Notes: generated from the letters alone by a model not told the origin. A DNA stretch of 64,000 nucleotides from an uncultured delta proteobacterium (GCA_963760795.1 CAVXEP010000022.1:96001-160000); one strand, 5' to 3'. Shown: positions 11,270 to 20,270, counted from the first letter of the stretch. Made by a program: numbers and translations.

Positions 11270-11650
11270 ACTCTACGGTGGGAACTTCTCCGCCCCGCCA
11301 CACGGCAGTTATAATATTCGCTTTGTCCTTATTTTCCAAGGAAAAAATCTCTCCGAGTTATCCACTTCTCAAGCCGTACCGTTCGGCGATAATAGGTTCG
11401 AACGAAAAAGTTGGCAGCGGGAGGTGTGGGAGTCCAAACGCTTTGTCATTATCACGGTTTCGTTGGCGGCTATCGGCCTTTTTCTCTATTTCACTGGGTG
11501 AGGAGCCGGGTTCTTATCAACGTTCTACGGCGCTTTCCTCTCCCTCATTAATTTAGCCCTGTAATTCAACTTCATTGATCGGATAACCCCTGATTCGTCT
11601 TCAAACGGCAAACCCCGAAATCGACTTATCGACGGTACTAAGAATCCGCG

Positions 11651-11668
11651 GGCGTAGGGCTCGGCGCC
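11651..11668. repeat. GGCGTAGGGCTCGGCGCC junction motif, copy 2
   Basis: Identical to 10430-10447; overlaps a minus-strand TAG ending ...FQVVEVIILSVE. Confidence 0.75.
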
Positions 11669-11758
11669 TACTCGACCGAGAGAATGATAACTTCCACTAC
11701 CTGAAATTTCAGCTCACCACAGATTAACTCGTTGTCTCACAAATCTGACAAGGTGCTT

Positions 11759-11788
11759 TTGCTTTGTCGCTTTTACAGGCTGTAGAAA
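11759..11788 (+). promoter_or_regulatory. Reiterated promoter-like element, copy 3 (diverged)
   Basis: TTGCTT-N18-TAGAAA upstream of ORF 11816. Confidence 0.5.
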
Positions 11789-11815
11789 GCGAAGTGTCAG
11801 AATAACAGCAAATTT

Positions 11816-12007
11816 ATGAATAAAGACGACTTAAAGCTTAAAATCCTTGAGCAATGGGCCCGATATTTGCCCAATCCAAACCGCGCCGAGTATCAAGACA
11901 AATTAAAGTTCTATGCCTGGCTCAAGGACGCTTACTCGGAACCGATTCAATGGGGGGGCTGGAACCGAAATGGAACGCTGGCAAAATATTCAAGCCTGGT
12001 TAAATAA
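11816..12007 (+). CDS. Small hypothetical protein
   Basis: 63 aa ORF behind promoter-like copy 3. Confidence 0.5.
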   Translation: MNKDDLKLKILEQWARYLPNPNRAEYQDKLKFYAWLKDAYSEPIQWGGWNRNGTLAKYSSLVK

Positions 12008-12205
12008 ATGAAAAGACTCTAAACCATGAGGCGTATTCCGACACTGTTGCTGTTAGTTGGGCTTGTTCTCACTCCGGTCGCGTTATGGAGCGTAATTTCA
12101 GCTTATCCATGCTAGAGACGGCCGAATTACGGCTTGAAAAATCACAGCGATACCATTTATGAACCTCAAAAATTCATGCAAATCGATCATTTGTGATCAG
12201 TTCTC

Positions 12206-13579
12206 CTATGGAACGAGAAGATGAGCACTTGCAAAAACGGAATTTTCGATCAGTGAGACGACAACGTTATGAAGATTTGGGCCACCACCGCTCCCTGTGT
12301 GTTCTTGCGGACGATATTGCGTCTCCCATTTCAGGAGCGGACGTACGACCCCTCCCCACGTGTCGGTCCAGTCGCCGCGGGCTGAATCACCATCCAGGGT
12401 GTCGTCATACACCTGAAATGCCACTACATCACGTTCGTATGCGTGGATGATCGTCGGATTTAGACTACCAATACCTACGCTGACATACATCGAGCCTTCG
12501 GATAATAAGTTACCGGGAATCCATGCTGTGCTTATGTATCTTCCCTTCGGGCGTGGGCGTCTTCGCCAAACGGCGTCATGATCCACTGCTGAAAAGGCCT
12601 CGACGCCCTGTTCGTTATAAAACTCATAAAAAGGAGACAGCACGTGCCCCCCCCGAAGCACTTCATACTCCATATCGATTCCGATTGGCTGGCGGATGTC
12701 CATTGCATCGCTAATCTGTCCATGTCCTGTCCGCACCCGCACGGCCCGCAGCCGCACGTTTTTGCCGCCTGGTGCTCGTGCCGGATCATGCCATTCTCGT
12801 GATGCGGTAGTGCCCTGTCCGGAGTTTAGATACGTACTAACAACTTTGTGCGGCGTACCATCGTCCACAATCCTGCCTTCATCCAAAACAATCGCTCGCC
12901 CGCAAAGCCGAGTAATCGCCGGCATGCTGTGAGACACAAATAAAACTGTCCGCCCTTCTTGCCCGAAGTCCTGCATCCGGGTTAAGCACTTCTTCTGAAA
13001 ACTCGCATCGCCGACAGCCAGCACCTCATCAACGATTAAAATCTCTGGCTCCAGGTGTGCCGCAACGCCAAAGGCCAGACGTACATACATGCCGCTTGAA
13101 TACCGCTTCACGGGTGTATCGAGGAACTTTTCTACTCCAGAGAAATCCACGATCTCGTCGAACTTGCGGTCGATTTCCGCTTTCTTCATCCCTAGTATGG
13201 CGCCGTTCAGGTAGATGTTCTCGCGGCCCGTGAGTTCACCATTGAAACCTGTGCCCACTTCCAACAAGCTCGCTACCCGTCCGTGAATCTCCGCCCGTCC
13301 TGCCGTTGGCTCAGTGATTCGCGAAAGTAACTTGAGCAATGTGCTTTTCCCAGCTCCGTTACGTCCGATGATTCCAAGCACTTCGCCGCGCTGGACTTCA
13401 AAGGACACGTCCTTTAAAGCCCAAAAAGTCTCGGTATGACCACGCGAGTGTCCGTTTCGCCGGAACAGGGATTTGATATTGTCCGAGAGCTGATCACGCA
13501 GGGTATCATGGCGATATCTTCCTACAGCGATCTCGTATTTTTTGGACAAGTTCTCTAATCGAATGGCAACGTTTGACAT
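12206..13579 (-). CDS. Polysaccharide ABC exporter ATP-binding subunit (Wzt/RfbB) with C-terminal Wzt_C domain
   Basis: GRNGAGKST Walker A, YSSGM signature, ILIVDEVLAVGD Walker B, TFWALKDVSF. Confidence 0.92.
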   Translation of the reverse strand: MSNVAIRLENLSKKYEIAVGRYRHDTLRDQLSDNIKSLFRRNGHSRGHTETFWALKDVSFEVQRGEVLGIIGRNGAGKSTLLKLLSRITEPTAGRAEIHGRVASLLEVGTGFNGELTGRENIYLNGAILGMKKAEIDRKFDEIVDFSGVEKFLDTPVKRYSSGMYVRLAFGVAAHLEPEILIVDEVLAVGDASFQKKCLTRMQDFGQEGRTVLFVSHSMPAITRLCGRAIVLDEGRIVDDGTPHKVVSTYLNSGQGTTASREWHDPARAPGGKNVRLRAVRVRTGHGQISDAMDIRQPIGIDMEYEVLRGGHVLSPFYEFYNEQGVEAFSAVDHDAVWRRRPRPKGRYISTAWIPGNLLSEGSMYVSVGIGSLNPTIIHAYERDVVAFQVYDDTLDGDSARGDWTDTWGGVVRPLLKWETQYRPQEHTGSGGGPNLHNVVVSLIENSVFASAHLLVP

Positions 13580-13900
13580 AGTTTTAAGTCACTTAAACTA
13601 ATTAGTTCTCACTGAAAAAGTCAGAAAGTTCTTGGGTGTAAATACTGGATTGATGTAGACGAAGACATGCGCAGAGCAATATCGCAGCAGCTGAGTTTGT
13701 GCAAGCCGATTTCTACAATTTTAGCTTCAGTGCCACGGCCGCAGCCCTAAGCTCTTTCTGGAGATTTACTGGCTATTAGGTTACCAGCTGCCTCGTTACC
13801 GTGACATCGATTGTATGACCCCTGTATTGGATCTTCATTGGCCGTAGCGCGCGATACACTCTAACATGAAGTGCGAACGGGCACTGTCTAGTATTCACAG

Positions 13901-13946
13901 TCGGCGCCTTGCTTTTACGCTTTGACATGCGGTGGAAGAACGCTCC
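13901..13946 (+). promoter_or_regulatory. Reiterated promoter-like element, copy 4
   Basis: tcggcgccTTGCTT-N18-TGGAAGaacgctcc; 6 mismatches to copy 1. Confidence 0.6.
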
Positions 13947-14341
13947 GTGATCTGTGGTGCCGCAATAACTCGACGCCTGGCGCCTGCGTATTATATCAGC
14001 TGGCAGTTACTTACAGCCTAATGTTTTCGGCTTCCAGGTGTGTTGACGCTTTCGTCCTTCTCCCCAACAGGATCTTCCGAGAGGCTTCTCTTTTCGCACA
14101 TTGAACACAATTGAGTCTCGCCCATGCAAATACAGCAAGCGAAGTCTTCTTTAATTCGGCTATCTAGTCTGATACATGGATGTCCGCACTTTGTTCCGAC
14201 ATCAACGCCACGAGTATTTCTATCCATAAATTTTCCCTAAAAAGAGTGTTTCAACCAAGTGTGCGAACTCCACGCCCAACGACCCACCGAGTGAAGTTGT
14301 AGTTATCACGTTCTTCTGGACTGGACGTCATGATTGCCTAC

Positions 14342-14737
14342 TCAATCGAGCAGCTCCTTAGGCACATTCCCGCCGTTGGCGGCGATTTGCGCCAGAACGG
14401 TCTTGTGCAGCCAAATATTCATCTTCGCCGAATCCCCCATGAGATCCGCCGGGCAGCCCAGCTCCGTAGCCAGCTCCTTGCGCGCCGCAAAGCTGCTATC
14501 GATCTCGAGCAGCTTCAGCAGGTCGACGATGGAAGTGCGCCAGTTCAGCTTCTGCGGGTTAGCTGCCGCGCGCTGCTCCAGCTGCGCGACGACATCGACG
14601 ACCGCGACCGGCCTGGGCGGCGGCGGTGCTGCCTGACCAGCAGTGGGGCTTGCCGCCGAGGTGGGAGGCGGCGTAGCAGGGTTAACGTCCTTGCTGCCGA
14701 TGCCCAATTTCTGAAGTATATTGCTGAAGAATCCCAT
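14342..14737 (-). CDS. DUF3597-family protein
   Basis: LNWRTSIVDLLKLL, ARKELATEL, MNIWLHK, NGGNVP motifs; gaggag RBS. Confidence 0.9.
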   Translation of the reverse strand: MGFFSNILQKLGIGSKDVNPATPPPTSAASPTAGQAAPPPPRPVAVVDVVAQLEQRAAANPQKLNWRTSIVDLLKLLEIDSSFAARKELATELGCPADLMGDSAKMNIWLHKTVLAQIAANGGNVPKELLD

Positions 14738-15271
14738 GGCGATCTCCTCATCTTATTTTGCCTGATTGGAAGCATTAAGCATGGACAGTGAGTCCGTGTT
14801 TATTCATCACATCCTAGCAGCGAGGGCATCATCGCTTCGCCCCAGGTTATAATCGGTGTTACAGGCATCAAAATCCTCATTATCTATAAAACTGCTTGAG
14901 TCAGTTGATCACGAAGGCATGCGTACACCGCCCGTCACCCCTCGATTACGATTGATAATTTCCAATGCCAGTTCAGTCTGATCGGCAGCGTCCACTAAGA
15001 GCAGCACCTGCTCGCCGTCAAGTTCTGGGACGCCGAGAGTCTCTTGCGCATTATGAATAGAGCAACTAAAGCAACGAACGTACCAACCTTAAATGTCTGG
15101 TAGAGTAATAAAGTGTCTTGGATGTGACCCAAAGACAGGTCAATTTTCCCGAAGATGAAACGGAGCACGTGTGTCCGCATGCGAATGAAGACAAGTGTTA
15201 TAAGCAAATCGTAGATAAAGCACTGTCACGGTTGGCTCGCCCGCGATCGCTGCGAGATGTGTCCGCCACCA

Positions 15272-15470
15272 TGCTCAGGTATATCGCCCGATCCTGTCCC
15301 AAGTGCCACGACTATTTCGGCATATTCGTGAACCAAGAGCTGACGAGTAACGGCGAGCATCCGATCAACGCTTATTGTGCGGCTATCAGTTCAAAAGCTG
15401 GCGGTTAATTGAGGGTCGGAAGCGCAAGATCCACGAATATCCCGGCAGGATGCCAAAGGTGTTCAGCTAG
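15272..15470 (+). pseudogene. Small CxxC zinc-ribbon-like protein, frameshifted
   Basis: MLRYIARSCPKCHDYFG...INAYC; the frame breaks near 15380. Confidence 0.35.
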
Positions 15471-15701
15471 TGGACCGCTACTTAGCGCCGTTCCCGCCCC
15501 CCGGAAACTACCGTTCAGTCATTGCCCCAACGTCCGGCGCCCGTTGCAGTAAAAACAATGAAAACTGTCTAATTCGAGACAGCGCCCACCCGCATTACAC
15601 GATAGAGAGGTTCTATGAAAAAGCCCATTTCGGCCCTCATGGTCGCGCTGTTACTGGGCACCACCAGCGCCGGTCCTTGACGTGCGGTAGAAGGCGACGC
15701 T

Positions 15702-16148
15702 ATGGCTCAAGCAAAGAAGACCTATCCCGTTATCCAACCGAACGTGCCCGGAACTTTCTTAATGCCGCAGCTATTTCGCTTCGGAAGAGCCGATGATCAG
15801 CCCAAGATAGCCTTGGTATGGGTACGAGGCGAGAGCCCGGCCGGTGTTCAATTGATGCTCCGGCTATCCCACCGGGCTTGCGCTTCGTTTTTACAGTCTG
15901 AAAACGCCGATGCCGCTCTTTTGCGGGACGAGCTAGAGCTTGAAGTTGTAACTCTTCCGCCAGACGTGAAGGAATGCGCATTTCCTTTGTTGTTAGCCTA
16001 TAAGGGGCTTTTGTGCGTTGACGAGACCGGTTACATCGTGGAGTTTTCCGGAGAACGCTCCGATCAGCGGATACTGATTTCAATGTCTTCACAGGCATAC
16101 AAGAGTCTCCTTCATCACCTCAAGAAACTATTCCCCCACCGTGACTGA
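15702..16148 (+). CDS. Hypothetical protein, probably leaderless
   Basis: 148 aa ORF starting 8 nt after the TAGAAG of a partial promoter-like copy 5 (gacgtgcggtagaaggcg, about 15679-15696); no RBS. Confidence 0.6.
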   Translation: MAQAKKTYPVIQPNVPGTFLMPQLFRFGRADDQPKIALVWVRGESPAGVQLMLRLSHRACASFLQSENADAALLRDELELEVVTLPPDVKECAFPLLLAYKGLLCVDETGYIVEFSGERSDQRILISMSSQAYKSLLHHLKKLFPHRD

Positions 16149-16298
16149 AAAATCCGGCGCCCTCTCCGGCGTCAATTCTCCCGGCTTCCACCAGGATTCA
16201 CCGCGCCCCCAGCGCTCCGCGGCCTGCTCGCTTCGTAGAAAAAATTCTTGAAAACCCCGGACTCCCCGGAATACAAGATTCGCGTCTAGGAGGTGTCT

Positions 16299-16743
16299 AT
16301 GAGCAATACTATTAACCCTAATCCTGACGGTGATTTTCCCACTCCGGGTTTTTGCATTAGGTGAAGTCTTCAAGATCGAGACTTCCGGGACTGAGTACTG
16401 CGGGGATAACGATTTTGAGAGGCTCAGCGCCACAAACAAGGTGGATCTTTGGGTCCAAGTCGTAAGCGATGAGCAGTTGACAGTTTCGACGACAGCTAAC
16501 TTTGCACCAGGCACGACGTTCACGATGCGCGGCTACACGTATTTGACCGGAGCTACTGCCGCGGCTTTTGTGGCAGGCGTTCATTTCGTCGACGATTCTT
16601 TTGCGACAATTCAAGGTACGGCGAAGTTCGATCGGCGAACCGGCGGTGTTACGAGTCTAACCGGGACTTTCATTCAAAGCGATGTGTTCTTCCCGAACTG
16701 CTTCTCTTCGGGGAAGTTCACCAGCAATAAGATTAGCGGGTAA
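16299..16743 (+). CDS. Secreted hypothetical protein; probable 1-nt indel just after ATG
   Basis: AGGAGG RBS; signal-like AILLTLILTVIFPLRVFA in frame with ORF 16330-16743; TTGAAA-N18-TACAAG upstream. Confidence 0.6.
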
Positions 16744-16854
16744 TTTCTTTCGGTTGTCGCCACAGAGTGAAACCCGTTTTCTACTTTAGAAGAAAATAGA
16801 AACGCACCGAGGCGCGCCGACACATCAAAAGCGAATCTAATCAAGCCGGTGGAT

Positions 16855-16880
16855 TGGTGCGAGGAGAGGGATTTGAACCC
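16855..16880 (-). repeat. 3'-end fragment of a different tRNA (probably a Leu isoacceptor); att remnant
   Basis: Reverse complement GGGTTCAAATCCCTCTCCTCGCACCA: T-arm, acceptor 3' strand and CCA. Confidence 0.7.
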
Positions 16881-17177
16881 GTACGACAAACCGGGCGTCC
16901 GATTCGATCTATTTTAGATAAAAATAGATGGCGACTGGAGTGGGGGAGGTTGCCCTGTCGAGTACGCGGCGAAAGCTGTATGGGGGCACCCACTCCCGGG
17001 TCGAATCCAAAACCGGCGAATCCATGTCTGCCATGTCTGCATTTCCACGCGGAAACGCGACTGAATAAAGACCTATGTGCGGAATGTGAAGAATGTGCGG
17101 AATTGAAATTGGAAGCAGAAACAAGGGCTTGACTGTAACCGCTTGACCCTGCACGACTTCTTACTTTCGCAGCGTAC

Positions 17178-17220
17178 GGATTTTAAGTCCCTTGTGTCTA
17201 CCTATTCCACCATCCGGGCT
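17178..17220 (-). repeat. Orphan 5' half of tRNA-Leu(UAA); island boundary
   Basis: 43-bp exact repeat of 6938-6980. Confidence 0.95.
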
Positions 17221-17274
17221 GAGACGGGAGCGGCGAGAATAATTTCTAGCACAAAACTCCTACGTGGAAAATGC

Positions 17275-17300
17275 GAAGGCCTCTCGCGGGAGAGGCCTTC
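17275..17300 (-). terminator. Hairpin terminator downstream of hppA
   Basis: gaaggcctctc-gcgg-gagaggccttc perfect 11-bp stem. Confidence 0.75.
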
Positions 17301-17318
17301 TTTAGTTGAACTGTTTTC

Positions 17319-19448
17319 TTAAACAAACAATGGCGCCAAGACCAGTGTGATCGTCGCCAACAACTTGATTAAGACGTGCAAGCTCGGCCCCGCGGTATCC
17401 TTGAACGGATCGCCCAAAGTATCGCCGACGACCGCGGCCTTGTGCGGATCGGAACCTTTGCCGCCACCGGCGAACTGGCCGCTCTCGATATATTTCTTGG
17501 CGTTGTCCCAGGCGCCGCCGCTGTTGTTGAAAAACGTCGCCAGCAAGATTCCCGTAATCGTACCGACCATCAAGAACGCCGCCACAGCCTCGGCACCGAT
17601 GCCGAACATACGGAAAACCAGACCGACGGCCACCGGCATGGTCACCGCGAGCAAACCGGGGACGACCATTTGCTTCAAAGCGCCGACCGTGACGATATCG
17701 ACGCAGCGACGGTAGTCGGGCTTCACCGTGCCCAAGAGAATGCCGGGATTTTCTCTGAACTGCCGGCGCACCTCGTTGATGACATAATAGGCCGCTTTAC
17801 CCACGGCTCGAATTGCGAAGGACGAGAACAGAAAAACCAGCATCGCGCCGAGCAAGCCGCCGACGAACACTTCCGGCTTGGCGATGTTGACGACTTCCAA
17901 CGGATGGCCGTAATGGGCCACTTCATCGAGATAAGCGGAGAATAGCAGGAACGCAGCCAGCGCCGCCGAGCCGATGGCGTAGCCTTTGGTCAGCGCCTTG
18001 GTCGTGTTGCCAACCGCATCCAAGCGATCCGTCTTGTGGCGCACTTCTTCGGGCTGGCCGCTCATCTCGACGATGCCGCCGGCGTTGTCGGTGATCGGGC
18101 CGAAGGTGTCCATGGCAAGAATATAAGCCGCAGTGCCCAGCATACCCATGGTCGCCACCGCGGTGCCGAACAGGCCGGCTTTTTCCACGCCGCTGTTCAG
18201 TCCAAGATAGTAGGAGGTGATAATCGCCACGGAAATCACCAGTACGGGAATCGCCGTGCACTCGAGTCCCACCGCGATGCCGGCGATGATATTGGTCGCC
18301 GGGCCGGTCTTCGACGCCTCGGCGATTTCGCGCACCGGTCGATACCTGTACTCGGTATAATATTGAGTAATGTAAACGAAGGCCTGAGCCATCAAGATAC
18401 CGACCACGCCGCAGAGGAAAAAATAAAACCAAGCCGACTCTGCTGCAGGATATTTCGCGACATCGACGGCGAGCAAGTATTTCGCGGTAAAAAAGAAACC
18501 GACAATTGCCAACGCGCTGGTGACATAATAGCCCTTGTTAAGCGCCGCCATGGCATCGCCGTCTTCTTTTGTCTTGACCACCATGATGCCGATGATCGAA
18601 GCAACCAAGCCGAGCGCGCGCGCCACCAGCGGGAAAAGAATTCCTTTCAAACCGAAATAGGGAAACAAGCCGACGCCGAGAATCATCGCGCCGATATTTT
18701 CAGCAGCAGTCGACTCAAATAGATCGGCACCACGACCGGCGCAATCGCCGACGTTGTCGCCGACCAAGTCGGCGATGACCGCAGGGTTGCGCGGATCGTC
18801 TTCCGGAATACCGGCTTCGACTTTACCGACCAGATCCGCGCCGACGTCCGCCGCCTTGGTGTAGATGCCACCGCCCAACTGGGCGAAAAGCGCGACGAAC
18901 GACGCGCCGAAGCCATAACCGACGATGGTGAACGGAATTTTTTGCGGATCATGTCCGAGCGCGTCGAGCAACGCGTACAGACCCCCGACGCCGAGAAGGC
19001 TCATGGCGACGACGAACAAGCCGGAAACCGCGCCGCCGCGCATGGCGATCTGCAACGCTTCGTTGAGACTGGAACGAACCGCAGAGGCCGTGCGTATATT
19101 AGCGCGAATCGAAACCCACATGCCGACATAACCCGCGATCAGCGAACAGGCCGCGCCGAGCACGAAAGAGAGCGTCGTCCAAAAAGCCGTTTCCATGGGC
19201 GGCACCGGGTCAGCCTTGCTCGGCGTGCGCACGAAGGCGTAGAGGACAAAAATCAAGACCGCCAAGACCGCGGACAAAATGATGATGGTGCGGTTTTGCC
19301 GCGACATAAAAGCCTCGGCGCCCTCTTTGATGGCGTCCGAGATGTCCCGCATCTTTTGCGTGCCGGTGTCCTTGCTCAGCACCTGGCGCGCCAGGTACAC
19401 CGCAAAAGCCAGCGACAGACAACTAATCACTATAACAAATGGAATCAT
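17319..19448 (-). CDS. hppA: Membrane-bound pyrophosphatase, K+-independent H+-translocating type
   Basis: GGGIYTKAADVGADLVGKVE, DNVGDCAG, GNTTKA (Lys at the K+-dependence position), GDPFKDT. Confidence 0.95.
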   Translation of the reverse strand: MIPFVIVISCLSLAFAVYLARQVLSKDTGTQKMRDISDAIKEGAEAFMSRQNRTIIILSAVLAVLIFVLYAFVRTPSKADPVPPMETAFWTTLSFVLGAACSLIAGYVGMWVSIRANIRTASAVRSSLNEALQIAMRGGAVSGLFVVAMSLLGVGGLYALLDALGHDPQKIPFTIVGYGFGASFVALFAQLGGGIYTKAADVGADLVGKVEAGIPEDDPRNPAVIADLVGDNVGDCAGRGADLFESTAAENIGAMILGVGLFPYFGLKGILFPLVARALGLVASIIGIMVVKTKEDGDAMAALNKGYYVTSALAIVGFFFTAKYLLAVDVAKYPAAESAWFYFFLCGVVGILMAQAFVYITQYYTEYRYRPVREIAEASKTGPATNIIAGIAVGLECTAIPVLVISVAIITSYYLGLNSGVEKAGLFGTAVATMGMLGTAAYILAMDTFGPITDNAGGIVEMSGQPEEVRHKTDRLDAVGNTTKALTKGYAIGSAALAAFLLFSAYLDEVAHYGHPLEVVNIAKPEVFVGGLLGAMLVFLFSSFAIRAVGKAAYYVINEVRRQFRENPGILLGTVKPDYRRCVDIVTVGALKQMVVPGLLAVTMPVAVGLVFRMFGIGAEAVAAFLMVGTITGILLATFFNNSGGAWDNAKKYIESGQFAGGGKGSDPHKAAVVGDTLGDPFKDTAGPSLHVLIKLLATITLVLAPLFV

Positions 19449-19480
19449 GACTCCTCCTCATCCCTTGAAACAAACTTAGT

Positions 19481-20209
19481 TCAATCCGTTTTGCGCCAAA
19501 CATAAGCCACGCCGATACTCACCACGTACAACACCAACATCGGCAGCGCCAATAAACTTTGATTAATAATATCCGGTGTCGGCGTCAGCATCGCCGCTAT
19601 CACGAAAATGGCGATGATGGCGTAGCGAAATGAGCTGATCATCAAGCGATAATTCCACAATCCCAACCGCACCAGGAAAAAGGTAAAGACCGGCAGCTCA
19701 AAGGTCACGCCGAACGCCAAGACCATCCGGAAAAAAAACGTAAAATACTCGCCGATCCTGATTGCCGGCGTTACTCCCATAACGTTGTATTGCTCGATAA
19801 AATATTTAAAAGCCACGGGGAGAACGATTCGATAGCAAAAATAACTGCCGCCAAGAAAAAACAAGGTCGCGCAAACCACGAACGGCAGCACGAGTTTTTT
19901 TTCGCCACCGGATAAACCCGGCGCGATAAATCGCCAGATTTGAAAAAAAATATACGGACAGGAAAGCAGCACTCCCGCCGCGATGGCGACTTTGATCTCG
20001 CTGAAAAAGGCTTCGGTGACGCCGGTTCCTATCAAGCTCTGCCCCGGCTGCAGATTTGCCCGCAAAGGCGCAACCATAAAGTCAAAGATTGCGTTGGAAA
20101 AGAAGTAGCAAACCACCGAGCCGACAAAAACCGCGATCACCGAGCTAAGTAAACACCAACGGAGCTCCTCAAGGTGCTCCGTGAGAGTCATATTAGTATG
20201 GATCGCCAC
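19481..20209 (-). CDS. tatC: Twin-arginine translocase subunit TatC
   Basis: MTLTEHLEELR, WRFIAPGL, FELP, LTPTPD. Confidence 0.95.
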   Translation of the reverse strand: MAIHTNMTLTEHLEELRWCLLSSVIAVFVGSVVCYFFSNAIFDFMVAPLRANLQPGQSLIGTGVTEAFFSEIKVAIAAGVLLSCPYIFFQIWRFIAPGLSGGEKKLVLPFVVCATLFFLGGSYFCYRIVLPVAFKYFIEQYNVMGVTPAIRIGEYFTFFFRMVLAFGVTFELPVFTFFLVRLGLWNYRLMISSFRYAIIAIFVIAAMLTPTPDIINQSLLALPMLVLYVVSIGVAYVWRKTD

Positions 20210-20235
20210 GCGTCAGAACTAAGCACCGAAATTGC

Positions 20236-20270
20236 AAAAAAGGGGAAGGTATTCCCCTTCCCCTTTTTTG
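20236..20270 (-). terminator. Probable intrinsic terminator
   Basis: aaaaaaggggaagg...ccttccctttttt inverted repeat with A/T tails. Confidence 0.6.

Larger units (their letters stand above)
6938..17220. mobile_element. Integrative element B (about 10.2 kb) bounded by 43-bp direct repeats of the tRNA-Leu 5' half
   Basis: 6938-6980 equals 17178-17220; integrase 6991-8150; TGTCTGC arm-type doublets at 7029-7052 and 17023-17044; AT-richer cargo. Confidence 0.8.

Noticed and set aside
11590-11640. c-di-GMP-I riboswitch (GGCAAACC...GAAA)
   Set aside because: The downstream GGGACGCAAAG-like segment and second stem are absent
9300-16800. CRISPR array or classical integron
   Set aside because: Repeats are irregularly spaced with whole genes between them; no cas genes, no IntI-like integrase and no attC boxes were recognised
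16855-17219. Intron-containing or split tRNA-Leu formed from the 5' half at 17178-17219 and the 3' fragment at 16855-16880
   Set aside because: Acceptor strands mismatch (GCCCGGA versus TCCTCGC), the break is after the anticodon stem rather than within the anticodon as in Leu(UAA) group I introns, and no variable arm is recoverable
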